Positions 48,076 to 57,235 of a stretch of 63,375 nt of DNA are shown here, piece by piece. Position numbers and translations under genes: made by a program. The DNA is from Candidatus Doudnabacteria bacterium RIFCSPHIGHO2_01_48_18 (lineage in GTDB: Bacteria > Patescibacteriota > Doudnabacteria > UBA920 > 2-01-FULL-46-14), in the NCBI GenBank assembly GCA_001777515.1, contig MFEF01000028.1:1-63375 (forward strand), written 5' to 3'. Position 1 is the stretch's first letter, and the number at the start of each line of letters is the position of its first letter. The notes beneath the pieces are model-generated. The model was not told where the DNA came from. It saw only the letters and a list, made by a program, of their open reading frames with translations, and ran no database searches.

Positions 48076-51000
48076 ATGTTTACAAAAAGCGCAGAATTTA
48101 AAGCCGTTCAGGTAAAAATCGCCTCTCCCGACCAGATTTTAAACTGGTCGTACGGCGAGGTGACCAAACCGGAAACGATTAACTACCGCACCCAGCGTCC
48201 CGAAAAGGATGGTTTGTTTGATGAGAAAATTTTTGGTCCAGTCAGGGATTGGGAATGCTATTGTGGCAAATACAAGCGCATCCGCTACAAAGGCATCATC
48301 TGCGACAAATGCGGAGTTGAAGTGACGAGAGCCCAGGTGCGCCGTGAGCGCATGGGCCATATCAAACTCGCGGTCCCAGTCGCGCATATTTGGTTTTTGC
48401 GCGGAGTACCGTCGAGGCTCGGTCTGATTCTAAACCTTTCTGTCCAGGAATTGGAAAAGGTTGTCTATTTTGCGTCCTATGTGATCACGGACGTTCGTGA
48501 AGACGTTAGAACCGAAACTCTTGATCAAATCGAAAAAGAGTTCAAGCTCAAGAAAAAAGAAATCGAATCAAAGTACGAAAAGCTGATCGCCAAAGCCAGA
48601 ACAGCCAAGCCGGCTGCTGGACAGGATGCGGACGTGTTCGCCGCGCAGATTGATACTGATCTCTCCAAGCTTCAGGAAAATCTTAAACACGATATTACCG
48701 CTCTGGAAAAGATCCGAGATCTGGCCAGATCCGAGCTCAAAAGTCTCAAGAAAATGCAGGTTATCTCCGAACTTGAATACCGCGATCTATCTCTCAAATA
48801 CGGTCCAGTGTTCAAGGCCGGCATTGGCGCCGGAGCTGTGCACCAGCTCGTCAAAGACGTGGACCTCGATAAGCTTGTTGCCGAACTGGAGCAGGAAGTT
48901 GCGACCTCGGAAGGCGCCGCGCACCGCAAAGCCGTGAAGCGCCTCAAGCTGGCCAAATCTCTCGTCAAAGGCGGTATGCGCCCGGAATGGATGCTTATCT
49001 CGAATCTGCCGGTTATTCCTCCGGACCTCAGGCCAATGGTCCAGCTTGACGGCGGCCGGTTTGCCGCTTCCGACCTCAACGATCTTTATCGCCGCGTTAT
49101 CAACCGCAACAACCGTTTGAAGAAACTTCTTGAGATTAACGCTCCAGAGGTTATCACTAGAAACGAAAAACGCATGCTGCAGGAAGCGGTGGATGCTTTG
49201 ATTGATAACTCGATCAGGCACGGCAAAGAGGTTACTGCTTCGACCGGACAGCGCCGCAAGCTCAGATCGCTTGCTGACATGCTTAAAGGCAAGCAGGGAC
49301 GCTTCCGCCAGAACCTGCTCGGTAAAAGAGTAGATTATTCCGGCCGCAGCGTTATCGTTGTCGGACCAGAACTCAAGCTGCATCAGTGCGGTCTGCCAAA
49401 ACGCATGGCTCTTGAGCTGTTCAAACCGTTTGTGATCTCAAAACTCATCGCCCGTGAATACGCACACAATGTCCGTAGCGCCAACCGCCTCATCGAACAG
49501 GAACGCGCTGAGGTTTATGACATTCTCGAAGAGGTGACCAAGGATCATTATGTGCTCCTGAACCGCGCGCCTACCCTCCACCGCCTCGGCTTCCAGGCTT
49601 TCCAGCCAGTTCTGATCGAAGGAAAAGCTATTCAGATTCATCCCATGGTTTGTCAGGCGTTTAACGCTGATTTTGACGGCGACCAAATGGCTGTTCACGT
49701 GCCGCTGACCGCGCAGGCTCAGTTTGAAGCCAGAGACATGATGGTCTCCTCTCATAACCTCCTCAAACCCGCGTCAGGCGAGCCAATCATGACTCCTGAC
49801 AAGGATGTGGTTTTGGGCTGCTACTATGTCACGCGCATTTTGGATGGCATGAAAGGCGAAGGCAAAATTTTTGGCCAGCCTGAGGAAGCTATTCTTGCCT
49901 ACAAAACCGGAGCAATTTCCATCAAAGCCAAAGTCAAAGTGCGTATGAACGGCAAAATGGTGGAAACCTGCGTCGGCCGCATTTTATTCAATCAGATTCT
50001 TCCGCCGGAAATGCAGTTCCTCAACGAAATCATGGATAAAAAACGGCTGCGCAATGTCCTCCGGGAATGCTACCGCCAGTTTGGCACAGAGCGCACCGCG
50101 GTTTTGATTGATGAGATCAAGCAACTCGGATTTGCTCACCTCACCAACTCGGGATTGTCATGGGGCATGGACGATTTGCAGGTACCGCCTATCAAAAAAG
50201 AACTGCTGCTCAAGGCTGATGAAGAAGTCCAAAAGACCTATGAACAGTTCCGCGAAGGATTGCTTACCGAATCTGAGCGCTACAACCGCGTAGTTGAGAT
50301 TTGGGCCGAGGTTAGAGACAAAGTTACTGACGAGGTCAGCAGATCTCTTGATCAGAACGGCCCGGTATTCTCCATGGTCTCTTCTGGCGCCAGAGGGTCG
50401 CTTTCTCAAGTTTCGCAGATGACAGGCATGAAAGGCCTCGTGGTCAGCCCAGCTGGAGACGTTATCGAGTTGCCGGTGAGAGACAGCTTTAAGGAAGGTT
50501 TGTCGATTTTGGAATACTTTATCTCTACTCATGGCTCGCGAAAAGGCATGTCTGACACAGCTCTCCGTACCGCGGACGCAGGTTACCTGACCCGCAGGCT
50601 CGTTGACGTGTCTCAGGACGTGGTTGTGAACGAAGAAGACTGCGGCACTCACGTTGGTCTAACCATTACCCGCAAAGAAACCGAAGATGTTGGCAAACAC
50701 CTTGGCGAAAGAATCTTCGGCCGTGTGCTTGCCAGGGACATGGTTGATGAGAAAACCGGCAAAGTCATCCTCAAGCGCGGCCAGGTAATTGACGACACGC
50801 TCGTCAAGACAGTCGATACCGCGAATGTCAGCGAGGTTATGGTCAGGTCAGTCATGAACTGCACGCTCAAGCGCGGTGTTTGCACGGCCTGCTATGGCTT
50901 TGATCTTGGTTTTAACCGCATGGTGCATCTCGGCGCTGCGGTTGGTATTGTTGCCGCGCAGGCGATCGGCGAGCCAGGTACGCAGCTGACGATGAGAACC

Positions 51001-51969
51001 TTCCATACTGGCGGCGTGGCCGGACTCGACATTACGCAAGGTTTGCCTAGAGTCGAAGAGTTGTTTGAAGCCAGGGACCCGAAAGGCCAGGCGGTTATTT
51101 CTGAAATCAACGGCATCGCTTATATCTCAAGGCCAAACAACAAAGAAATCATTTTACGGGTTGACGCGGAAAACATCCAAAAGGATGAATACCTGCTCCC
51201 GGCGGGCCAAGCGCCGCAGCTGACGGAAGGCGAAAAGGTCAAAAAAGGCGAGCCGATCGCGATCGACGAAGCTGGCAAAACCGTCAAGGCTAAGAACTCT
51301 GGCATTGTCAGAATCGAGACGAACGAAGATCAGCGCAAAAAGATCGTAGTGGTGCTGGAATCAGAAAATTTCCGTGAATACATTATTCCGGCGGCCATGC
51401 ATTTGTCAGTCAAAGACGGGGATCTCGTGACCCGCGGCCAGCAGCTCACAGAAGGCAACCTCAACCTGCATCAGCTCATGCAGCTGCGAGGTATCCTGGA
51501 ATGCCAGGAATACATCATCAGCGAAGTCCAAAAGATTTATTCATCCCAAGGTCAGAACATCGCCGATAAACACGTAGAAATCATTGTCAGACAAATGTTT
51601 TCCAAGCTGCGTATCACTGAGCCGGGGGATTCTGATTTCCTGGTCGGCGATGTTGTAGAGCGCTTGCGCCTCGATGACGTGAACAAAAAGCTCGCGGCCT
51701 CTGGCGGCAAGAAAGCGGTCGCTGAACAGCTGCTTCTTGGTATCACCAAAGCCTCCCTTAACACCGAATCGTTCCTGGCGGCAGCGTCTTTCCAGGAAAC
51801 TACCAGAGTTTTGATCGAAGCCGCGGTTTCCGCCAAGACTGATTATCTGAGAGGCCTGAAGGAAAATGTCATCATCGGCAAGCTCATTCCAGCCGGAACC
51901 GGATTTTCCAAAGAGCGCCTCATCGATCCCGGGGCCATCGACGAAACTGTGATCTCCACTGAAGAATAG
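48076..51969 (+). CDS. rpoC: DNA-directed RNA polymerase subunit beta'
   Basis: 1297 aa with the zinc-binding N-terminus (CYCGKYK...CDKCGVEV) and the catalytic NADFDGDQM motif. Confidence 0.97.
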   Translation: MFTKSAEFKAVQVKIASPDQILNWSYGEVTKPETINYRTQRPEKDGLFDEKIFGPVRDWECYCGKYKRIRYKGIICDKCGVEVTRAQVRRERMGHIKLAVPVAHIWFLRGVPSRLGLILNLSVQELEKVVYFASYVITDVREDVRTETLDQIEKEFKLKKKEIESKYEKLIAKARTAKPAAGQDADVFAAQIDTDLSKLQENLKHDITALEKIRDLARSELKSLKKMQVISELEYRDLSLKYGPVFKAGIGAGAVHQLVKDVDLDKLVAELEQEVATSEGAAHRKAVKRLKLAKSLVKGGMRPEWMLISNLPVIPPDLRPMVQLDGGRFAASDLNDLYRRVINRNNRLKKLLEINAPEVITRNEKRMLQEAVDALIDNSIRHGKEVTASTGQRRKLRSLADMLKGKQGRFRQNLLGKRVDYSGRSVIVVGPELKLHQCGLPKRMALELFKPFVISKLIAREYAHNVRSANRLIEQERAEVYDILEEVTKDHYVLLNRAPTLHRLGFQAFQPVLIEGKAIQIHPMVCQAFNADFDGDQMAVHVPLTAQAQFEARDMMVSSHNLLKPASGEPIMTPDKDVVLGCYYVTRILDGMKGEGKIFGQPEEAILAYKTGAISIKAKVKVRMNGKMVETCVGRILFNQILPPEMQFLNEIMDKKRLRNVLRECYRQFGTERTAVLIDEIKQLGFAHLTNSGLSWGMDDLQVPPIKKELLLKADEEVQKTYEQFREGLLTESERYNRVVEIWAEVRDKVTDEVSRSLDQNGPVFSMVSSGARGSLSQVSQMTGMKGLVVSPAGDVIELPVRDSFKEGLSILEYFISTHGSRKGMSDTALRTADAGYLTRRLVDVSQDVVVNEEDCGTHVGLTITRKETEDVGKHLGERIFGRVLARDMVDEKTGKVILKRGQVIDDTLVKTVDTANVSEVMVRSVMNCTLKRGVCTACYGFDLGFNRMVHLGAAVGIVAAQAIGEPGTQLTMRTFHTGGVAGLDITQGLPRVEELFEARDPKGQAVISEINGIAYISRPNNKEIILRVDAENIQKDEYLLPAGQAPQLTEGEKVKKGEPIAIDEAGKTVKAKNSGIVRIETNEDQRKKIVVVLESENFREYIIPAAMHLSVKDGDLVTRGQQLTEGNLNLHQLMQLRGILECQEYIISEVQKIYSSQGQNIADKHVEIIVRQMFSKLRITEPGDSDFLVGDVVERLRLDDVNKKLAASGGKKAVAEQLLLGITKASLNTESFLAAASFQETTRVLIEAAVSAKTDYLRGLKENVIIGKLIPAGTGFSKERLIDPGAIDETVISTEE

Positions 51970-51975
51970 TAATTT

Positions 51976-52030
51976 TCCTTTTATTCTCTCCTTGCGAGGG
52001 GAGATGCCCAAAGGGCAGAGGGGTAGTTAA
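51976..52030. repeat. CT/GA-rich dispersed repeat, copy 1
   Basis: TTCCTTTTATTCTCTCCTTGCGAGGGGAGATGCCCAAAGGGCAGAGGGGTAGTTAA aligns by eye with 58995-59048. Confidence 0.6.
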
Positions 52031-52032
52031 GC

Positions 52033-52063
52033 AAAGGGTCAACCGCATGACGGTTGACCCTTT
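52033..52063 (+). terminator. rpoC terminator hairpin (13-bp perfect stem)
   Basis: AAAGGGTCAACCG-catga-CGGTTGACCCTTT. It shares sequence with the hairpin at 53430-53456. Confidence 0.7.
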
Positions 52064-52084
52064 TAAAAGTCTTGCGCAATGTTT

Positions 52085-52113
52085 TTGACAATTGGTGAAC
52101 GACAGTTTACCAT
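52085..52113 (+). promoter_or_regulatory. Promoter TTGACA-17-TACCAT, 6 nt before the ATG at 52120 (leaderless-type)
   Basis: Hexamers at 52085-52090 and 52108-52113. Confidence 0.4.
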
Positions 52114-52119
52114 AAAATT

Positions 52120-53133
52120 ATGAGAGACAAAGAGAAACCAAAAGGTGAAATAATCATTTACAAGGCTGCAGAAGGTCCTGAATTGCAGGTAAAGTTACAA
52201 GACGAAACTATTTGGCTAAATCTTAATCAAATAGCCAAGCTTTTTGGCACACAGAAGGCAACTATCTCCAAACACATCAAAAATATTTATAAAACCGCAG
52301 AGCTAAGCCAAAATCGAACTGTTTCCATTTTGGAAACAGTTCAAACTGAAGGCGGTCGAGAAATAAAACGGCAAATTGAATTCTACAGCCTGGATATGAT
52401 CATCTCCATTGGTTATAGAGTCAATTCTCAACGGGCAACTCAATTTCGTATTTGGGCCACCCAGCGGCTGCGCGATTACATAATCAAAGGTTTTGTTATC
52501 GATGAGAAACGGTTGCCAGAAGCACATATTACCAAGCTCAAAGAGTTGGAAACTGCTCATAAATTGATCCAGCAAGCTTTGGAATCCAAACGGTCAGAAG
52601 GGTACGAACGGGAGTTGTTAAACATAATCTCTGACTATGCCAACACCTGGTTTGTTTTGAATTTGTATGACGAAGAGAAGCTCAAGATTGAAAATGTCAG
52701 CGAGAAAAAGAGTCGAGGGCTTGAATATGACGAGGTAATAAAAACCATCAAACGCTTCCGAGCGCGTTTGCAACAGCAAAAGCAAGCTACGGATTTGTTC
52801 GGGGTAGAAGTAAGTCATAAATTATCCTCCGTTATTGGCAGCATCGAGCAGACCTTTGGTGGCAAATCGCTTTACAAAAGTCTCGAGGAAAAGGCCGCTC
52901 ATCTTTTGTATTTCGTAATCAAAGATCATCCATTCGTGGACGGCAACAAACGCATTGGTTCCCTGCTGTTTTTAGTTTACCTCATTCAAAACCATATTTT
53001 TTACAACCGCCGCGGGGAGAGAAAAATCAATGATACCGCGTTGGTGGCTTTGGCCTTGCTCATTGCCGAATCGAAACCTGCGCAGAAAGATATAATGATC
53101 CGGCTGGTAGTCAATCTTATAAATAAAAAGTAA
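52120..53133 (+). CDS. RhuM-family N-terminal region fused to a Doc-type Fic domain
   Basis: The N-terminal pattern (IWLNLNQIAKLFGTQKATISKHIKNIY...ISIGYRVNSQRATQFRIWATQRLRDYIIKGF) is typical of RhuM-family proteins. The C-terminal Fic/Doc motif is HPFVDGNKRIGS. Confidence 0.75.
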   Translation: MRDKEKPKGEIIIYKAAEGPELQVKLQDETIWLNLNQIAKLFGTQKATISKHIKNIYKTAELSQNRTVSILETVQTEGGREIKRQIEFYSLDMIISIGYRVNSQRATQFRIWATQRLRDYIIKGFVIDEKRLPEAHITKLKELETAHKLIQQALESKRSEGYERELLNIISDYANTWFVLNLYDEEKLKIENVSEKKSRGLEYDEVIKTIKRFRARLQQQKQATDLFGVEVSHKLSSVIGSIEQTFGGKSLYKSLEEKAAHLLYFVIKDHPFVDGNKRIGSLLFLVYLIQNHIFYNRRGERKINDTALVALALLIAESKPAQKDIMIRLVVNLINKK

Positions 53134-53142
53134 AATAACAAC

Positions 53143-53432
53143 ATGACCAAAATAACTATTGGAGTTTTAATCGGCGCAGTGGTAATGTGGCTGCTGCTTC
53201 GTAGATCCAGATCCAACACGGTTGTGAACCGGCAGCAGATTGAGGAGAAACAAAAAATTTGGAAAAGGTTATGGACCTCGCCAGGCAGAAAGGAGAAATT
53301 ACGAACGATGACGTGCAGTACAACTTGAAAATCTCTGATTCGACCGCGGAGCGATATCTCGAAGAGCTAACAGACAGTGGCAAACTGGAACGGCAGGGTG
53401 AGAAAAAGAGCACAATTTATCGAATAAAGTAA
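53143..53432 (+). pseudogene. TM helix + winged-helix small protein, frameshifted at an A6 run (or two separate micro-ORFs)
   Basis: Frame 1 gives MTKITIGVLIGAVVMWLLLRRSRS...QQIEEKQK. After the A6 run at 53252-53257, the HTH-like part continues in another frame: NLEKVMDLARQKGEITNDDVQYNLKISDSTAERYLEELTDSGKLERQGEKKSTIYRIK*. Adding one A would fuse the two. Confidence 0.55.
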
Positions 53433-53456
53433 GGGTCAACCGCCAGTTGACCCTTA
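53430..53456. terminator. Bidirectional hairpin between the wHTH ORF and valS; second copy of the rpoC terminator sequence
   Basis: TAAGGGTCAAC-cgcca-GTTGACCCTTA. Confidence 0.65.
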
Positions 53457-53468
53457 CAGTTGCGCCGT

Positions 53469-56177
53469 TCAGCGCAGCTGTTTGATTTTCGTTTTGAGGT
53501 TTTTGGCTTTGGTTTCGGCATCCGCGAGGTCCAGCTTCATTTTTTCCACGATGTCTGCCGGCGCTTTTTTGAGGAACCCGGGTTTTTTGATCTGCGCTGA
53601 GATTCGCTTCACGAAAGCTTCTGTGTCTTTGAGCTGTTTTTGGGTCAGCGCGATTTCTTTTTGTGCGTCGAAATTGGGGATGATGAGAAAGACTTTCTGC
53701 CCCTTCCACAGGAAATACGGCATCTTTTTATCCTCATCCATGGGTTCAAAATTGAGCTTGGTCCGGGTAAGTTTTTCGATAAGTTCGGCATAGTTTGCGA
53801 TCCATGCCATGTCCTCGGGGATTTGTAAATAACTGGCGTAAACGGGTATTGGATTGAGGCGGTATTCGCCGCGTACGTTCCTCAGTCCCGTGATCAGCTC
53901 TTGGATGATTTTAAACTGCTCCGCGGTCTGCGAGAGTTTTTTGCTCGGAGGCTTTTCCGCCAGAGGATAGTCCTGCACCATGAGAATGCTGTCGTTAAAT
54001 TCGGACCAGATCTGTTCAGTCACAAATGGCGCGAACGGGTGCCAGAGCTTCAGCAGCTGGCGCAGCAAATCCTGCAGGAATTGCTGTTTACCCTTCTCGA
54101 TCTTGGCAATCTCGAGGTACCAATCCGCCACATCGCCCCAGGTGAATTTGAGGAGTTCTTCTCCGGCGCTGCCATAATCAAAACCAATTATTTTTTTATT
54201 CACGTTCGCGGTAACAGTAGCGAGTCTCTCCCGGATCCACTGGTCGGCCAGGGTCGGGCTTTCCGCAGGAATTTCTTCAGCTTCAGCCTGCTGCAAGATA
54301 AACCTCGAGACATTCCAAAGCTTGTTAACGAAATTGCGGTGGGCTTTGATTTTTTCTTCAGAAATTTTTAGGTCGTTGCCAGGCGTGATGCCGATGACTA
54401 GCGAGAGTCGCAGTGCGTCCGTGCCGTATTTTTCAATCATCTCCAGGGGATTGATGACATTGCCTTTTGATTTGCTCATCTTTTTGCCTTCGGTGTCGCG
54501 GACCAGGCCGTGCAGGTAAACCGCGCGGAACGGGATATCTTCCAGGGCAAAGCCAGTCATCAGCACCATTCGCGCGACCCAGAAAAAGAGAATGTCATAG
54601 CCGGTTTCCATAATAGTGGTTGGGTGATAGGTGGCAAGGTCGTTTGGCGCGCCCTCCGAAGCCGCGGCAGAAGAGGGCCAGCCCAGGGTCGAAAAGGTCC
54701 ACAGGCCGGAGGAAAACCAGGTATCGAGCGTATCTTCATCCTGGACGATGCGGCCATTCTGGCATTTCGGGCACGCGGTCGGGGCAGCGGTAGCCACGAT
54801 CATCTCGCCGCAGTCCTGGCAGTACCAAACAGGGATCCGGTGCCCGTACCAGATCTGCCTCGAGATATTCCAATCACGCAGATTTTTCATCCATTCAAAA
54901 TAGATTTTCTCAAAACGCTTCGGCACGATCTGGATCGCGCCGGATTCCACCGCGGCTGTCATCATGTCTTTGAGCGTAATTTCTTTTTGCGCCAGGCCGA
55001 GCAATTTGCGGAAACTATCCTTGGAAATAGTAAACGGCTTGTTGACGTTTACGAACCACTGCTTGGACACAATCGGTTCCACAATGGTGCTGCAGCGGTA
55101 GCAATAGCCCACGCGGTGTTCGATTGCTTCGGTTTTTTCAATGAACTCCTTGTCAGCAAGCTCCTGTGTTACTCGTTTTAGTGCTTCTTCTTTGGTAAGT
55201 CCCGCGTAATCGTCAAACCCGTGGTCAGCGGCCTCCAGCGGATCAATCTTGCCGTCCGCGGAATAGAGGTGAATCATGTCCAAACCATTTCTCTGAGCAA
55301 TTTCAAAATCATTGTGGTCGTGGCCAGGCGTGACTTTCATGGCTCCGGTGCCAAACTCGAGATCAATGTGCTCGTCGGCGACGATCGGAATCTCGCGATT
55401 AAGCAGGGGAAGCATGACAATCTTGCCCACCATTTTTTTGTAGCGCGGATCTTTGGGATGCACGGCCACGCCAGTGTCACCGAGCATGGTTTCCGGGCGC
55501 GCGGTCGCCACCACCACATATTCATCGCTGTCTTTGATCGGATAGCGGATGTAATACATCTGGCCCTTGGTCATTTTGTAATCGACTTCGTCGTCCGCGA
55601 GGGTCGTGCTGCAGCGGGGGCACCAGTTCACCATGCGCTGCCCGCGATAGATCAGCCCCGCGTCAAAAAGTTTTTTGAAAACAGTACGAACAGCCAGAGA
55701 CAATTCTGGCGAGAGCGTAAATTTTTCTCTGGACCAGTCGGCAGACGAGCCCATTTTGCGGATCTGCGTCTGGATCTGTCCGCGCGTCTGGCTCACAAAT
55801 TCATCAATACGACGAAGCAGTTCTGCGCGCCCCAGCTGCTGCCTCGTTTTTTTCTCGGTCTCGAGGATGCGGCGCTCCACAACATTCTGTGTGGCGATGG
55901 CGGCATGGTCGGTTCCCGGCAGCCACAGGGTTTTTTTGCCGGTCATGCGCGCGTGCCTGACAATCAAATCTTCGATCGCCAGCATCATGGCATGTCCCAC
56001 GTGCAGCTGCCCCGTGGCATTGGGCGGTGGCATAACCATGGAAAAGCTTTCCGCGTTCCAGAAACGATCTGAGGCCTTTTCTAGATTGTCAGGATTAAAA
56101 AACCCAGATTGTTCCCATTTTTGATAAATCTGGTCCTCAGTTTCTTTGGAATTATAAGCCTTGGCGATTTCTTTCAT
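53469..56177 (-). CDS. valS: Valine--tRNA ligase
   Basis: HIGH-type motif (PPNATGQLHVGH), KMSKSKGN and a C-terminal coiled coil. The start was set to the ATG at 56177, just after the tsaD stop. Confidence 0.95.
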   Translation of the reverse strand: MKEIAKAYNSKETEDQIYQKWEQSGFFNPDNLEKASDRFWNAESFSMVMPPPNATGQLHVGHAMMLAIEDLIVRHARMTGKKTLWLPGTDHAAIATQNVVERRILETEKKTRQQLGRAELLRRIDEFVSQTRGQIQTQIRKMGSSADWSREKFTLSPELSLAVRTVFKKLFDAGLIYRGQRMVNWCPRCSTTLADDEVDYKMTKGQMYYIRYPIKDSDEYVVVATARPETMLGDTGVAVHPKDPRYKKMVGKIVMLPLLNREIPIVADEHIDLEFGTGAMKVTPGHDHNDFEIAQRNGLDMIHLYSADGKIDPLEAADHGFDDYAGLTKEEALKRVTQELADKEFIEKTEAIEHRVGYCYRCSTIVEPIVSKQWFVNVNKPFTISKDSFRKLLGLAQKEITLKDMMTAAVESGAIQIVPKRFEKIYFEWMKNLRDWNISRQIWYGHRIPVWYCQDCGEMIVATAAPTACPKCQNGRIVQDEDTLDTWFSSGLWTFSTLGWPSSAAASEGAPNDLATYHPTTIMETGYDILFFWVARMVLMTGFALEDIPFRAVYLHGLVRDTEGKKMSKSKGNVINPLEMIEKYGTDALRLSLVIGITPGNDLKISEEKIKAHRNFVNKLWNVSRFILQQAEAEEIPAESPTLADQWIRERLATVTANVNKKIIGFDYGSAGEELLKFTWGDVADWYLEIAKIEKGKQQFLQDLLRQLLKLWHPFAPFVTEQIWSEFNDSILMVQDYPLAEKPPSKKLSQTAEQFKIIQELITGLRNVRGEYRLNPIPVYASYLQIPEDMAWIANYAELIEKLTRTKLNFEPMDEDKKMPYFLWKGQKVFLIIPNFDAQKEIALTQKQLKDTEAFVKRISAQIKKPGFLKKAPADIVEKMKLDLADAETKAKNLKTKIKQLR

Positions 56178-56182
56178 GGCCT

Positions 56183-57235
56183 TTATTTTACCACAGTTTT
56201 TGTCAGCTCCCAATGCGATTTGGCCATGACTTTATCATAGGTTGTCCGGCGGCCGGCGGCGGCCTGAAAAAAGGCAGCGATCGCGATCATGCCCGCGTTG
56301 TCAGTGGTTAGGGATGCTTCCGGAATATACAACCTTGAGCCTTTGAGATTTTTTTTGACGGCTCTATCAAGCTCTGCTCGCAGCATGGCGTTTGCAGAAA
56401 CCCCGCCGCCCAGGAGGACGGTTTTCACTTTGTACTGCCTGCCCGCTCGCATGGTTTTGGAAATGAGAACATCCATAATGGCTTGCTGCACGCTGGCCGC
56501 CACATCTGCCTTGTCGGCCTTGGGATGATCCCGCAGGAAATACAGAACCGCGGTTTTGAGGCCGGAAAAAGAAAAATTGTAATCTTTGGAGCCCAGCAGC
56601 GGCCGCGGAAAATCGATGGCTTTTGGATCGCCTTTTTTGGCGAGTGTGCTGATCGCTGGCCCGCCAGGATAAGGCAGGTTCATGATCTTGGCAACCTTGT
56701 CAAAACATTCGCCTGCCGCGTCATCAAGAGTTTCGCCCAATAGTTTATATTTGCCGATTTTCTTCACGAGTACGAGCATGGTGTGTCCGCCTGAAACGAC
56801 AAGACCGAGAGCGGGGAAGCTCGTAGCTCGTAGCTCGTAGCTCGTAGGACCTAAGGCGGAAAGGAGATGTCCTTCCATGTGATTTACCGGAATGATCGGT
56901 TTGCGTAGCGCAAACGACAGAGCCTTGGCAGTATCCACGCCAATCATCAGGGAGGTGATCAGGCCCGGGCCAGCTGTAACCGCGATTGCATCAATCTTCC
57001 GCAAGTTGAGCTTGGCGTTTTGCAAAGCAACCTCAATGATTGGCAGAATCTTCAAGATATGATTGCGCGCGGCCACCTCAGGAACGATGCCGCCGGTTTT
57101 TTGGTGGATCTTGATTTGGGAGTAAATGACGTTGGAAAGGAGCTGGAATTTCTTTAATTTGATGTCCCCCTGAAGCACGGCCGCGCCGGTCTCGTCAGCC
57201 GATGACTCGATAGCGAGGATGGATATTTTAGGCAT
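56183..57235 (-). CDS. tsaD: tRNA N6-adenosine threonylcarbamoyltransferase TsaD
   Basis: VNHMEGHLLS, VVSGGHT and GGGVSAN motifs. 350 aa. Confidence 0.93.
   Translation of the reverse strand: MPKISILAIESSADETGAAVLQGDIKLKKFQLLSNVIYSQIKIHQKTGGIVPEVAARNHILKILPIIEVALQNAKLNLRKIDAIAVTAGPGLITSLMIGVDTAKALSFALRKPIIPVNHMEGHLLSALGPTSYELRATSFPALGLVVSGGHTMLVLVKKIGKYKLLGETLDDAAGECFDKVAKIMNLPYPGGPAISTLAKKGDPKAIDFPRPLLGSKDYNFSFSGLKTAVLYFLRDHPKADKADVAASVQQAIMDVLISKTMRAGRQYKVKTVLLGGGVSANAMLRAELDRAVKKNLKGSRLYIPEASLTTDNAGMIAIAAFFQAAAGRRTTYDKVMAKSHWELTKTVVK
56818..56848. repeat. Tandem heptanucleotide repeat (AGCTCGT x4 plus a partial unit) inside tsaD
   Basis: aGCTCGTAGCTCGTAGCTCGTAGCTCGTAGg. On the coding strand it encodes PTSYELRATS, in the loop between HLLSAL and FPALGLVVSGGHT. 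Confidence 0.9.

Noticed and set aside
44743-51969. Inteins or introns in rpoB/rpoC (also considered for gyrA, polA, dnaA, uvrB and valS).
   Set aside because: Protein lengths and motif spacing look ordinary. No extra Cys/Ser...HN-type insert or large unexplained block was noticed.
53482-56124. Long plus-strand ORFs (e.g. 54510..55181 at 223 aa and 55221..56072 at 283 aa) lie opposite valS. Similar shadow ORFs lie opposite rpoC (48787..49383), pilB (31778..32443) and gyrA (4412..4918).
   Set aside because: They lie fully inside strongly supported conserved genes on the other strand. They have low-complexity, Arg/Gly-rich translations and no start signals, which is typical of antisense shadow ORFs.
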